A DNA stretch of 64,000 nt from NCBI RefSeq assembly GCF_009914755.1, contig NC_060934.1. One strand, 5' to 3'. Below the pieces are notes generated by a model. The model was not told the DNA's origin, did no database searches, and was given only the letters and a program-made list of their open reading frames with translations. Of the stretch, positions 43,401 through 57,900 are shown one piece after another; the first letter of the stretch is position 1, and every line of letters starts with the position of its first letter. Source of the stretch: the human T2T-CHM13v2.0 reference genome, Homo sapiens. A program made the position numbers and the translations under genes.

Positions 43401-45902
43401 TCGAATGGAAAGGCCATCGAAAGGAAACGAATGGAATTATCATGAAATTGAAATGGATGGACTCATCATCGAATGGATTCGAATGGAATCACCGAATGAA
43501 ATTGATAGAAATCATCATCAAATGGAATCGAATGGAATCATTGAATGGAATCGAATGGAATCATCATCAGATGGAAATGAATGGAATCATCACTGAATGG
43601 AATCGAATGGATTCATTGAATGGAATCTGATGGAATCATCGAATGGACTTGACTGGAATCATTGAATGGACTCGAATGGAATCTTTATTGAATGGAATTG
43701 AATGGAATCATCGAATGGTCTCGAATGGAATCATTATCAAATGGAATCGAATGGAATCACCGAATAGAATCGAATGGAACAATCATCGAATGGACTCAAA
43801 TGGAATTATCCTCAAATGGAATCGAATGGATTTATCGAATGCAATTGAATGGAATTATCGAAAGCAATCGAATAGAATCATCGAATGGACTCGAATGGAA
43901 TCATCGAATGGAATGGAATGGAAGAGTCAATGAACTCGAATGGAATCATCATTGAATGGACTCGAACGGAATCATCATCCAATGGAAACTAATGGAATCA
44001 ACATCAAATGGAATCGAATGGAAACACCATCGAATTGAAACGAATGGAATTATCATGAAATTGAAATGGATGGACTCATCATCGAATGGATTTGAATGGA
44101 ATCACTGAATGAAATTGATTGAAATCATCATCGAATGGAATCATTGAATGGAATCGAATGGAATCATCATGAGATGGAAATGAACGGAATCATCATAGAA
44201 TGGAATCGAACGGATTCATTGAATGGAATCAGATGGAATCTTCGAATGGACATGAATGGAATCATTGAATGGACTCGAATGGAATCATTATTGAATAGAA
44301 TTGAATGGAATCATTGAACGGCCTCGAATGGAATAATTATGAAATGAAATCGAATGGAATCACCGAATAGAATCGAATGGAACAATCATTGAATGCACTC
44401 AAATGGAATTATCCTCAAATGGAATAGAATGGAATTATCGAATGCAGTCGAATAGAATCATCGAATGGACTCGAATGGTATCATCGAATGGAACGGAATG
44501 GAATAGTCAATGAACTCGAATGGAATCATCATTGAATGGAATTGAATGGAATCATCGAGTGGAATCGAATGGAATCATGATCAAATGGAATCGAATGTAA
44601 TCATCATCAAATGGAATCCAAATTAACCATCATCACTTGGTATTGAATGGAATTGTCATCAAATGGAATTCAAAGGAATCATCATGAAATGGAACCGAAT
44701 GGAATCATCATTGAATGGAAATGAAAGGAGTCATCATCTAATGGAATCGCATGGAATCATCATCAAATGAAATCGAATGGAATCATCATCAAATGGAATC
44801 TAATGGAATCATTGAACGGAATTGAATGGAGTCGTCATCGAATGAATTGAGTGCAATCATCGAATGGTCTCGAAAGGAATAATCTTCAAATGGAAAGGAA
44901 TGGAATCATCGCATAGAATCGAATGGAATTATCAAGGAATGGACTCGAATGGGATCAACATCAAACGGAATTATCGAATGGAATCGAAGAGAATCATCGA
45001 ATGGCCACGAATGGAATCATCTAATGGAATGGAATGGAATAATCCATGGACCCGAATGCAATCATCATCGAATAGAATCGAATGGAATCATCGAATGGAC
45101 ACGAATGGAATAATCATTGAACGGAATCGAATGGAATCATCGTCGAATGGAAACGCATGGAATCATCATCGAATGGAAATGAAAGGAGTCATCATCTAAT
45201 GGAATCGCACAGAATCATCATCAAATGGAATCGAATGGAATCATCATCGAATGGAATCTAATGGAATAATTGAACGGAAGTGAATGGAATCGTCATCGAA
45301 TGAATTGAATGCAATCATCAAATGGTCTCGAATGTAACCATCTTCAAATGGAATGGAATGGAATCATCGCATAGAATCGAATGGAATTATCATCGAATGG
45401 ACTCAAATGGAATCAACATCAAACGGAATCAAACGGAATTATCGAATGGAATCGAAGAGAATCATTGAATGGACTCGAATGGAATCATCTAATGAAATAG
45501 AATGGAATAATCCATGGACTCGAATGCAATCATCATCAAATGGAATCGAATGGAATCGTCGAATGGACTCGAGTGGAATAAACATTCAACGGAATCGAAT
45601 GGAATCGTCACCGGTTGGAAACGAATGGAATCATCATCGACTGGAATCGAATGGAATCATCAAATGGAATCAGATGAAATCATCATCAAATGGATTCGAA
45701 TAGAATTATGGAATGAAATCCAATGTGATCATCATCGAATGGACACGAACGGAATCATCATCCAATGGAAACAAATGGAATCAACATCGAATGGAATCGA
45801 ATGGAAACGCCATCGAAAGGAAACGAATGGAATTATCATGAAATTGAAATGGATGGACTCATCATCGAATGGATTCGAATGGAATCACCGAATGAAATTG
45901 AT
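30806..45902. repeat. 7854-bp tandem duplication (1826+1816+1816+2396)
   Basis: Patterns recur at +7854 (30955/38809, 34614/42468, 35515/43369, 36281/44135, 37010/44864). The match ends at GATAGAA (38049) vs GATTGAA (45903). Confidence 0.9.
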
Positions 45903-48900
45903 TGAAATCATCATCAAATGGAATCGAATGGAATCATTGAATGGAATCGAATGGAATCATCATCAGATGGAAATGAATGGAATCATCACTGAATGGAATC
46001 GAATGGATTCATTGAATGGAATCTGATGGAATCATCGAATGGACTTGAATGGAATCATTGAATGGACTCGAATTGAATCTTTATTGAATGGAATTGAATG
46101 GAATCATCGAATGGTCTCGAATGGAATCATTATCAAATGGAATCGAATGGAATCACCGAATAGAATCGAATGGAACAATCATCGAATGGACTCAAATGGA
46201 ATTATCCTCAAATGGAATCAAATGGATTTATCGAATGCAATCGAATGGAATTATCGAAAGCAATCGAATAGAATCATCGAATGGACTCGAATGGAATCAT
46301 CGAATGGAATGGAATGGAATAGTCAATGAACTCGAATGGAATCATCATTGAATGGAATCGAATGGAATCATCGAGTGGAATCGAATGGAATCATGATCAA
46401 ATGGAATCGAATGTAATCATCATCAAATGGAATCCAAAATCACCATCATCAATTGGTACTGAATGGAATTGTCATCAAATGGAATTCAAAGGAATCATCA
46501 TCAAATGGAACCGAATGGAATCCTCATTGAATGGAAATGAAAGGAGTCATCATCTAATGGAATCGCATGGAATCATCATCAAATGGAATCGAATGGAATC
46601 ATCATCAAATGGAATCGAATGGAATCATTGAACGGAATTGAATCGAATCGTCATCGAATGAATTGAATGCAATCAACGAATGGTCTCGAATGGAATCATC
46701 TTCAAATGGAAAGGAATGGAATCATCGCATAGAATCGAATGGAATTATCATCGAATGGACTCGAATGGAATCAACATCAAACGGAATCAAACGGAATTAT
46801 CGAATGGAAGCGAAGAGAATCATCGAATGGACTCGAATGGAATCATCTAATGGAATGGAATGGAATAATCCATGGACCCGAATGCAATCATCATCGAATA
46901 GAATCGAATGCAATCATCGAATGGACTCGAATGGAATAATCATTGAACGAAATCGAATGGAATCATCGTCGAATGGAAACGAATGGAATCATCATCGAAT
47001 GGAAATGAAAGGAGTCATCATCTAATGGAATCGCATGGAATCATCATCAAATGGAATCAAATGGAATCATCATCGAATGGAATCTAATGGAATCATTGAA
47101 CGGAATTGCATGGAATCGTCATCGAATGAATTGAATGCAATCATCGAATGGTCTCGAATGGAATCATCTTCAAATGGAATGGAATGGAATCATCGCATAG
47201 AATCGAATGGAATTATCATCGAATGGACTCAAATGGAATCAACATCAAACGGAATCAAACGGAATTATCGAATGGAATCGAAGAGAATCATCGAATGGAC
47301 TCGAATGGAATCATCTAATGAAATAGAATGGAATAATCCATGGACTCGAATGCAATCATCATCAAATGGAATCGAATGGAATCATCGAATGGACTCAAGT
47401 GGAATAAACATTCAACGGAATCGAATGGAATCGTCACCGGATGGAAACGAATGGAATCATCATCGAATGGAATCGAATGGAATCATCAAATGGAATCAGA
47501 TGAAATCATCATCAAATGGATTCGAATAGAATTATGGAATGAAATCCAATGTGATCATCATCGAATGGACTCAAACGGAATCATCATCCAATGGAAACTA
47601 ATGGAATCAACATCGAATGGAATCGAATGGAAACGCCATCGAATTGAAACGAATGGAATTATCATGAAATTGAAATGGATGGACTCATCATCGAATGGAT
47701 TCGAATGGAATCACCGAATGAAATTGATAGAAATCATCATCAAATGGAATCGAATGGAATCATTGAATGGAATCGAATGGAATCATCATCAGATGGAAAT
47801 GAATGGAATCATCATTGAATGGAATCGAATGGATTCTTTGAATGGAATCTGATGGAATCATCGAATGGTCTTGAATGGAATCATTGAATGGACTCGAATG
47901 GAATCTTTATTGAATGGAATTGAATGGAATCATCGAATGGTCACGAATGGAATCATTATCAAATGGAATCGAATGGAATCACCGAATAGAATCGAATGGA
48001 ACAATCATCGAATGAACTCAAATGGAATTATCCTCAAATGGAATCAAATGGAATTATCGAATGCAATCGAATGGAATTATCGATTGCAATCGAATAGAAT
48101 CATCGAATGGACTCGAATGGTATCATCGAATGGAACGGAATGGAATAGTCAATGAACTCGAATGGAATCATCATTGAATGGAATTGAATGGAATCATCGA
48201 GTGGAATCGAATGGAATCATGATCAAATGGAATCGAATGTAATCATCATCAAATGGAATCCAAATTAACCATCATCACTTGGTATTGAATGGAATTGTCA
48301 TCAAATGGAATTCAAAGGAATCATCATGAAATGGAACCGAATGGAATCATCATTGAATGGAAATGAAAGGAGTCATCATCTAATGGAATCGCATGGAATC
48401 ATCATCAAATGGAATCGAATGGAATCATCATCAAATGGAATCTAATGGAATCATTGAACGGAATTGAATGGAATCGTCATCGAATGAATTGAGTGAAATC
48501 ATCGAATGGTCTCGAAAGGAATAATCTTCAAATGGAAAGGAATGGAATCATCTCATAGAATCGAATGGAATTATCAACGAATGGACTCGAATGGAATCAA
48601 CATCAAACGGAATTATCGAATGGAATCGAAGAGAATCATCGAATGGCCACGAATGGAATCATCTAATGGAATGGAATGGAATAATCCATGGACCCGAATG
48701 CAATCATCATCGAATAGAATCGAATGGAATCATCGAATGGACACGAATGGAATAATCATTGAACGGAATTGAATGGAATCATCGTCGAATGGAAACGCAT
48801 GGAATCATCATCGAATGGAAATGAAAGGAGTCATCATCTAATGGAATCGCACGGAATCATCATCAAATGGAATGGAATGGAATCATCATCGAATGGAATC

Positions 48901-51900
48901 TAATGGAATAATTGAATGGAAGTGAATGGAATCGTCATCGAATGAATTGAATGCAATCATCGAATGGTCTCGAATGTAACCATCTTCAAATGGAATGGAA
49001 TGGAATCATCGCATAGAATCGAATGGAATTATCATCGAATGGCCTCAAATGGAATCAACATCAAACGGAATCAAACGGAATAATCGAATGGAATCGAAGA
49101 GAATCATCGAATGGACTCGAATGGAATCATCTAATGAAATAGAATGGAATAATCCATGGACTCGAATGCAATCATCATCAAATGGAATCGAATGGAATCG
49201 TCGAATGGACTCGAGTGGAATAAACATTCAACGGAATCGAATGGAATCGACACCGGATGGAAACGAATGGAATCATCATCGAATGGAATCGAATGGAATC
49301 ATCAAATGGAATCAGATGAAATCATCATCAAATGGATTCGAATAGAATTATGGAATGAAATCCAATGTGATCATCATCGAATGGACTCGAACGGAATCAT
49401 CATCCAATGGAAACAAATGGAATCAACATCGAATGGAATCGAATGGAAACGCCATCGAAAGGAAACGAATGGAATTATCATGAAATTGAAATGGATGGAC
49501 TCATCATCGAATGGATTCGAATGGAATCACCGAATGAAATTGATTGAAATCATCATCAAATGGAATCGAATGGAATCATTGAATGGAATCGAATGGAATC
49601 ATCATCAGATGGAAATGAATGGAATCATCACTGAATGGAATCGAATGGATTCATTGAATGGAATCTGATGGAATCATCGAATGGACTTGAATGGAATCAT
49701 TGAATGGACTCGAATGGAATCTTTATTGAATGGAATTGAATGGAATCATCGAATGGTCTCGAATGGAATCATTATCAAATGGAATCGAATGGAATCACCG
49801 AATAGAATCGAATGGAACAATCATCGAATGGACTCAAATGGAATTATCCTCAAATGGAATCGAATGGATTTATCGAATGCAATCGAATGGAATTATCGAA
49901 AGCAATCGAATAGAATCATCGAATGGACTCGAATGGAATCATCGAATGGAATGGAATGGAAGAGTCAATGAACTCGAATGGAATCTTCATTGAATGGAAT
50001 CGAATGGAATCATCGAGTGGAATCGAATGGAATCATGATCAAATGGAATCGAATGTAATCATCATCAAATGGAATCCAAAATCACCATCATCAATTGGTA
50101 CTGAATGGAACTGTCATCAAATGGAATTCAAAGGAATCATCATCAAATGGAACCGAATGGAATCCTCATTGAATGGAAATGAAAGGAGTCATCATCTAAT
50201 GGAATCGCATGGAATCATCATCAAATGGAATCGAATGGAATCATCATCAAATGGAATCGAATGGAATCATTGAACGGAATTGAATCGAGTCGTCATCGAA
50301 TGAATTGAATGCAATCATCGAATGGTCTCGAATGGAATCATCTTCAAATGGAAAGGAATGGAATCATCGCATAGAATCGAATGGAATTATCATCGAATGG
50401 ACTCGAATGGAATCAACATCAAACGGAATCAAACGGAATTATCGAATGGAATCGAAGAGAATCATCGAATGGACTCGAATGGAATCATCTATTGGAATGC
50501 AATGGAATAATCCATGGACCCGAATGTAATCATCATCGAATAGAATCGAATGCAGTCATCGAATGGACTCAAATGGAATAATCATTGAGCGAAATCGAAT
50601 GGAATCATCGTCGAATGGAAACGAATGGAATCATCAGCGAATGGAAATGAAAGGAGTCATCATCTAATGGAATCGCATAGAATCATCATCAAATGGAATC
50701 AAATGGAATCATCATCGAATGGAATCTAATGGAATCATTGAACGGAATTGCATGGAATCGTCATCGAATGAATTGAATGCAATCATCGAATGGTCTCGAA
50801 TGGAATCATCTTCAAATGGAATGGAATGGAATCATCGCATAGAATCGAATGGAATTATCATCGAATGGCCTCAAATGGAATCAACATCAAACGGAATCAA
50901 ACGGAATTATCGAATGGAATCGAAGAGAATCATCAAATGGACTCGAATGGAATCATCTAATGAAATAGAATGGAATAATCCATGGACTCGAATGCAATCA
51001 TCATCAAATGGAATCGAATGGAATCGTCGAATGGACTCGAGTGGAATAAACATTCAACGGAATCGAATGGAATCGTCACCGGATGGAAACGAATGGAATC
51101 ATCATCGAATGGAATCGAATGGAATCATCAAATGGAATCAGATGGAATCATCACCAAATGGAATCAAATAGAATTATGGAATGAAATCCAATGTGATCAT
51201 CATCGAATGGACTCAAACGGAATCATCATCCAATGGAAACTAATGGAATCAACATCGAATGGAATCGAATGGAAACGCCATCGAATTGAAACGAATGGAA
51301 TTATCATGAAATTGAAATGGATGGACTCATCATCGAATGGATTCGAATGGAATCACCGAATGAAATTGATAGAAATCATCATCAAATGGAATCGAATGGA
51401 ATCATTGAATGGAATCGAATGGAATCATCATCAGATGGAAATGAATGGAATCATCATTGAATGGAATCGAATGGATTCTTTGAATGGAATCTGATGGAAT
51501 CATCGAATGGTCTTGAATGGAATCATTGAATGGACTCGAATGGAATCTTTATTGAATGGAATTGAATGGAATCATCGAATGGTCTCGAATGGAATCATTA
51601 TCAAATGGAATCGAATGGAATCACCGAATAGAATCGAATGGAACAATCATCGAATGGACTCAAATGGAATTATCCTCAAATGGAATCAAATGGAATTATC
51701 GAATGCAATCGAATGGAATTATCGAATGCAATCGAATAGAATCATCGAATGGACTCGAATGGTATCATCGAATGGAACGGAATGGAATAGTCAATGAACT
51801 CGAATGGAATCATCTTTGAATGGAATTGAATGGAATCATCGAGTGGAATCGAATGGAATCATGATCAAATGGAATCGAATGTAATCATCATCAAATGGAA

Positions 51901-54900
51901 TCCAAAATCACCATCATCACTTGGTATTGAATGGAATTGTCATCAAATGGAATTCAAAGGAATCATCATGAAATGGAACCGAATGGAATCAACATTGAAT
52001 GGAAATGAAAGGAGTCATCATCTAATGGAATTGCATGGAATCATCATCAAATGAAATCGAATGGAATCATCATCAAATGGAATCTAATGGAATCATTGAA
52101 CGGAATTGAATGGAATCGTCATCGAATGAATTGAGTGCAATCATCGAATGGTCTCGAAAGGAATAATCTTCAAATGGAAAGGAATGGAATCATCGCATAG
52201 AATCGAATGGAATTATCAACGAATGGACTCGAATGGGATCAACATCAAACGGAATTATCGAATGGAATCGAAGAGAATCATCGAATGGCCACGAATGGAA
52301 TCATCTAATGGAATGGAATGGAATAATCCATGGACCCGAATGCAATCATCATCGAATAGAATCGAATGGAATCATCGAATGGACACAAATGGAATAATCA
52401 TTGAACGGAATCGAATGGAATCATCGTCGAATGGAAACGCATGGAATCATCATCGAATGGAAATGAAAGGAGTCATCATCTAATGGAATCGCACGGAATC
52501 ATCATCAAATGGAATCGAATGGAATCATCATCGAATGGAATCTAATGGAATAATTGAACAGAAGTGAATGGAATCGTCATCGAATGAATTGAATGCAATC
52601 ATCGAATGGTCTCGAATGTAACCATCTTCAAATGGAATGGAATGGAATCATCGCATAGAATCGAATGGAATTATCATCGAATGGACTCAAATGGAATCAA
52701 CATCAAACGGAATCCAACGGAATTATCGAATGGAATCGAAGAGAATCATCGAATGGACTCGAATGGAATCATCTAATGAAATAGAATGGAATAATCCATG
52801 GACTCGAATGCAATCATCATCAAATGGAATCGAATGGAATCGTCGAATGGACTCGAGTGGAATAAACATTCAACGGAATCGAATGGAATCGTCACCGGAT
52901 GGAAACGAATGGAATCATCATCGAATGGAATCGAATGGAATCATCAAATGGAATCAGATGAAATCATCATCAAATGGATTCGAATAGAATTATAGAATGA
53001 AATCCAATGTGATCATCATCGAATGGACACGAACGGAATCATCATCCAATGGAAACAAATGGAATCAACATCGAATGGAATCGAATGGAAACGCCATCGA
53101 AAGGAAACGAATGGAATTATCATGAAATTGAAATGGATGGACTCATCATCGAATGGATTCGAATGGAATCACCGAATGAAATTGATAGAAATCATCATCA
53201 AATGGAATCGAATGGAATCATTGAATGGAATCGAATGGAATCATCATCAGATGGAAATGAATGGAATCATCACTGAATGGAATCGAATGGATTCATTGAA
53301 TGGAATCTGATGGAATCATCGAATGGACTTGAATGGAATCATTGAATGGACTCGAATGGAATCTTTATTGAATGGAATTGAATGGAATCATCGAATGGTC
53401 TCGAATGGAATCATTATCAAATGGAATCGAATGGAATCACCGAATAGAATCGAATGGAACAATCATCGAATGGACTCAAATGGAATTATCCTCAAATGGA
53501 ATCGAATGGATTTATCGAATGCAATCGAATGGAATTATCGAAAGCAATCGAATAGAATCATCGAATGGACTCGAATGGAATCATCAAATGGAATGGAATG
53601 GAAGAGTCAATGAACTCGAATGGAATCATCATTGAATGGAATCGAATGGAATCATCGAGTGGAATCGAATGGAATCATGATCAAATGGAATCGAATGTAA
53701 TCATCATCAAATGGAATCCAAAATCACCATCATCAATTGGTACTGAATGGAATTGTCATCAAATGGAATTCAAAGGAATCATCATCAAATGGAACCGAAT
53801 GGAATCCTCATTGAATGGAAATGAAAGGAGTCATCATCTAATGGAATCGCATGGAATCATCATCAAATGGAATCGAATGGAATCATCATCAAATGGAATC
53901 GAATGGAATCATTGAACGGAATTGAATGGAATCGTCATCGAATGAATTGAGTGCAATCATCGAATGGTCTCAAAAGGAATAATCTTCAAATGGAAAGGAA
54001 TGGAATCATCTCATAGAATCGAATGGAATTATCAACGAATGGACTCGAATGGAATCAACATCAAACGGAATTATCGAATGGAATCGAAGAGAATCATCGA
54101 ATGGCCACGAATGGAATCATCTAATGGAATGGAATGGAATAATCCATGGACCCGAATGCAATCATCATCGAATAGAATCGAATGGAATCATCGAATGGAC
54201 ACAAATGGAATAATCATTGAACGGAATCGAATGGAATCATCATTGAATGGAAACGCATGGAATCATCATCGAATGGAAATGAAAGGAGTCATCATCTAAT
54301 GGAATCGCACGGAATCATCATCAAATGGAATCGAATGGAATCATCATCGAATGGAATCTAATGGAATAATTGAACGGAAGTGAATGGAATCGTCATCGAA
54401 TGAATTGAATGCAATCATCGAATGGTCTCGAATGTAACCATCTTCAAATGGAATGGAATGGAATCATCGCATAGAATCGAATGGAATTATCATCGAATGG
54501 ACTCAAATGGAATCAACATCAAACGGAATCAAACGGAATTATCCAATGGAATCGAAGAGAATCATCGAATGGACTCGAATGGAATCATCTAATGAAATAG
54601 AATGGAATAATCCATGGACTCGAATGCAATCATCATCAAATGGAATCGAATGCAATCGTCGAATGGACTCGAGTGGAATAAACATTCAACGGAATCGAAT
54701 GGAATCGTCACCGGATGGAAACGAATGGAATCATCATCGAATGGAATCGAATGGAATCATCAAATGGAATCAGATGAAATCATCATCAAATGGATTCGAA
54801 TAGAATTATGGAATGAAATCCAATGTGATCATCATCGAATGGACACGAACGGAATCATCATCCAATGGAAACAAATGGAATCAACATCGAATGGAATCGA

Positions 54901-57900
54901 ATGGAAACGCCATCGAAAGGAAACGAATGGAATTATCATGAAATTGAAATGGATGGACTCATCATCGAATGGATTCGAATGGAATCACCGAATGAAATTG
55001 ATAGAAATCATCATCAAATGGAATCGAATGGAATCATTGAATGGAATCGAATGGAATCATCATCAGATGGAAATGAATGGAATCATCACTGAATGGAATC
55101 GAATGGATTCATTGAATGGAATCTGATGGAATCATCGAATGGACTTGACTGGAATCATTGAATGGACTCGAATGGAATCTTTATTGAATGGAATTGAATG
55201 GAATCATCGAATGGTCTCGAATGGAATCATTATCAAATGGAATCGAATGGAATCACCGAATAGAATCGAATGGAACAATCATCGAATGGACTCAAATGGA
55301 ATTATCCTCAAATGGAATCGAATGGATTTATCGAATGCAATCGAATGGAATTATCGAAAGCAATCGAATAGAATCATCGAATGGACTCGAATGGAATCAT
55401 CGAATGGAATGGAATGGAAGAGTCAATGAACTCGAATGGAATCATCATTGAATGGAATCGAATGGAATCATCGAGTGGAATCGAATGGAATCATGATCAA
55501 ATGGAATCGAATGTAATCATCATCAAATGGAATCCAAAATCACCATCATCAATTGGTACTGAATGGAATTGTCATCAAATGGAATTCAAAGGAATCATCA
55601 TCAAATGGAACCGAATGGAATCCTCATTGAATGGAAATGAAAGGAGTCATCATCTAATGGAATCGCATGGAATCATCATCAAATGGAATCGAATGGAATC
55701 ATCATCAAATGGAATCGAATGGAATCATTGAACGGAATTGAATCGAATCGTCATCGAATGAATTGAATGCAATCATCGAATGGTCTCGAATGGAATAATC
55801 TTCAAATGGAAAGGAATGGAATCATCGCATAGAATCGAATGGAATTATCATCGAATGGACTCGAATGGAATCAACATCAAACGGAATCAAACGGAATTAT
55901 CGAATGGAAGCGAAGAGAATCATCGAATGGACTCGAATGGAATCATCTAATGGAATGGAATGGAATAATCCATGGACCCGAATGCAATCATCATCGAATA
56001 GAATCGAATGCAATCATCGAATGGACTCGAATGGAATAATCATTGAACGAAATCGAATGGAATCATCGTCGAATGGAAACGAATGGAATCATCATCGAAT
56101 GGAAATGAAAGGAGTCATCATCTAATGGAATCGCATGGAATCATCATCAAATGGAATCCAATGGAATCATCATCGAATGGAATCTAATGGAATCATTGAA
56201 CGGAATTGCATGGAATCGTCATCGAATGAATTGAATGCAATCATCGAATGGTCTCGAATGGAATCATCTTCAAATGGAATGGAATGGAATCATCGCATAG
56301 AATCGAATGGAAATATCATCGAATGGACTCAAATGGAATCAACATCAAACGGAATCAAACGGAATTATCGAATGGAATCGAAGAGAATCATCGAATGGAC
56401 TCGAATGGAATCATCTAATGAAATGGAATGGAATAATCCATGGACTCGAATGCAATCATCATCAAATGGAATCGAATGGAATCGTCGAATGGACTCGAGT
56501 GGAATAAACATTCAACGGAATCGAATAGAATCGTCACCGAATGGAAACGAATGGAATCATCATCGAATGGAATCGAATGGAATCATCAAATGGAATCAGA
56601 TGGAATCATCATCAAATGGAATCAAATAGAATTATGGAATGAAATCCAATGTGATCATCATCGAATGGACTCAAACGGAATCATCATCCAATGGAAACTA
56701 ATGGAATCAACATCGAATGGAATCGAATGGAAACGCCATCGAATTGAAACGAATGGAATTATCATGAAATTGAAATGGATGGACTCATCATCGAATGGAT
56801 TCGAATGGAATCACCGAATGAAATTGATAGAAATCATCATCAAATGGAATCGAATGGAATCATTGAATGGAATCGAATGGAATCATCATCAGATGGAAAT
56901 GAATGGAATCATCATTGAATGGAATCGAATGGATTCTTTGAATGGAATCTGATGGAATCATCGAATGGTCTTGAACGGAATCATTGAATGGACTCGAATG
57001 GAATCTTTATTGAATGGAATTGAATGGAATCATCGAATGGTCACGAATGGAATCATTATCAAATGGAATCGAATGGAATCACCGAATAGAATCGAATGGA
57101 ACAATCATCGAATGGACGCAAATGGAATTATCCTCAAATGGAATCAAATGGAATTATCGAATGCAATCGTATGGAATTATCGAATGCAATCGAATAGAAT
57201 CATCGAATGGACTCGAGTGGTATCATCGAATGGAACGGAATGGAATAGTCAATGAACTCGAATGGAATCATCATTGAATGGAATTGAATGGAATCATCGA
57301 GTGGAATCGAATGGAATCATGATCAAATGGAATCGAATGTAATCATCATCAAATGGAATCCAAATTAACCATCATCACTTGGTATTGAATGGAATTGTCA
57401 TCAAATGGAATTCAAAGGAATCATCATGAAATGGAACCGAATGGAATCATCATTGAATGGAAATGAAAGGAGTCATCATCTAATGGAATCGCATGGAATC
57501 ATCATCAAATGGAATCGAATGGAATCATCACCAAATGGAATCTAATGGAATCATTGAACGGAATTGAATGGAATCGTCATCGAATGAATTGAGTGCAATC
57601 ATCGAATGGTCTCGAAAGGAATAATCTTCAAATGGAAAGGAATGGAATCATCTCATAGAATCGAATGGAATTATCAACGAATGGACTCGAATGGAATCAA
57701 CATCAAACGGAATTATCGAATGGAATCGAAGAGAATCATCGAATGGCCACGAATGGAATCATCTAATGGAATGGAATGGAATAATCCATGGACCCGAATG
57801 CAATCATCATCGAATAGAATCGAATGGAATCATCGAATGGACACGAATGGAATAATCATTGAACGGAATCGAATGGAATCATCGTCGAATGGAAACGCAT

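Larger units (their letters stand above)
9864..44447. repeat. One full 34,584-bp macro-repeat period
   Basis: ORF and variant patterns recur at +34584: 10280/44864, 13922/48506, 15738/50322, 17246/51830, 18214/52798, 21551/56135, 24767/59351, 26060/60644, 27938/62522. Confidence 0.92.

Noticed and set aside
49045-49227. Only minus-strand ORF (60 aa), possible inversion or gene
   Set aside because: The local sequence keeps the same orientation. One SNV (GGAATAATCG, ~49082) removes a minus-strand stop.
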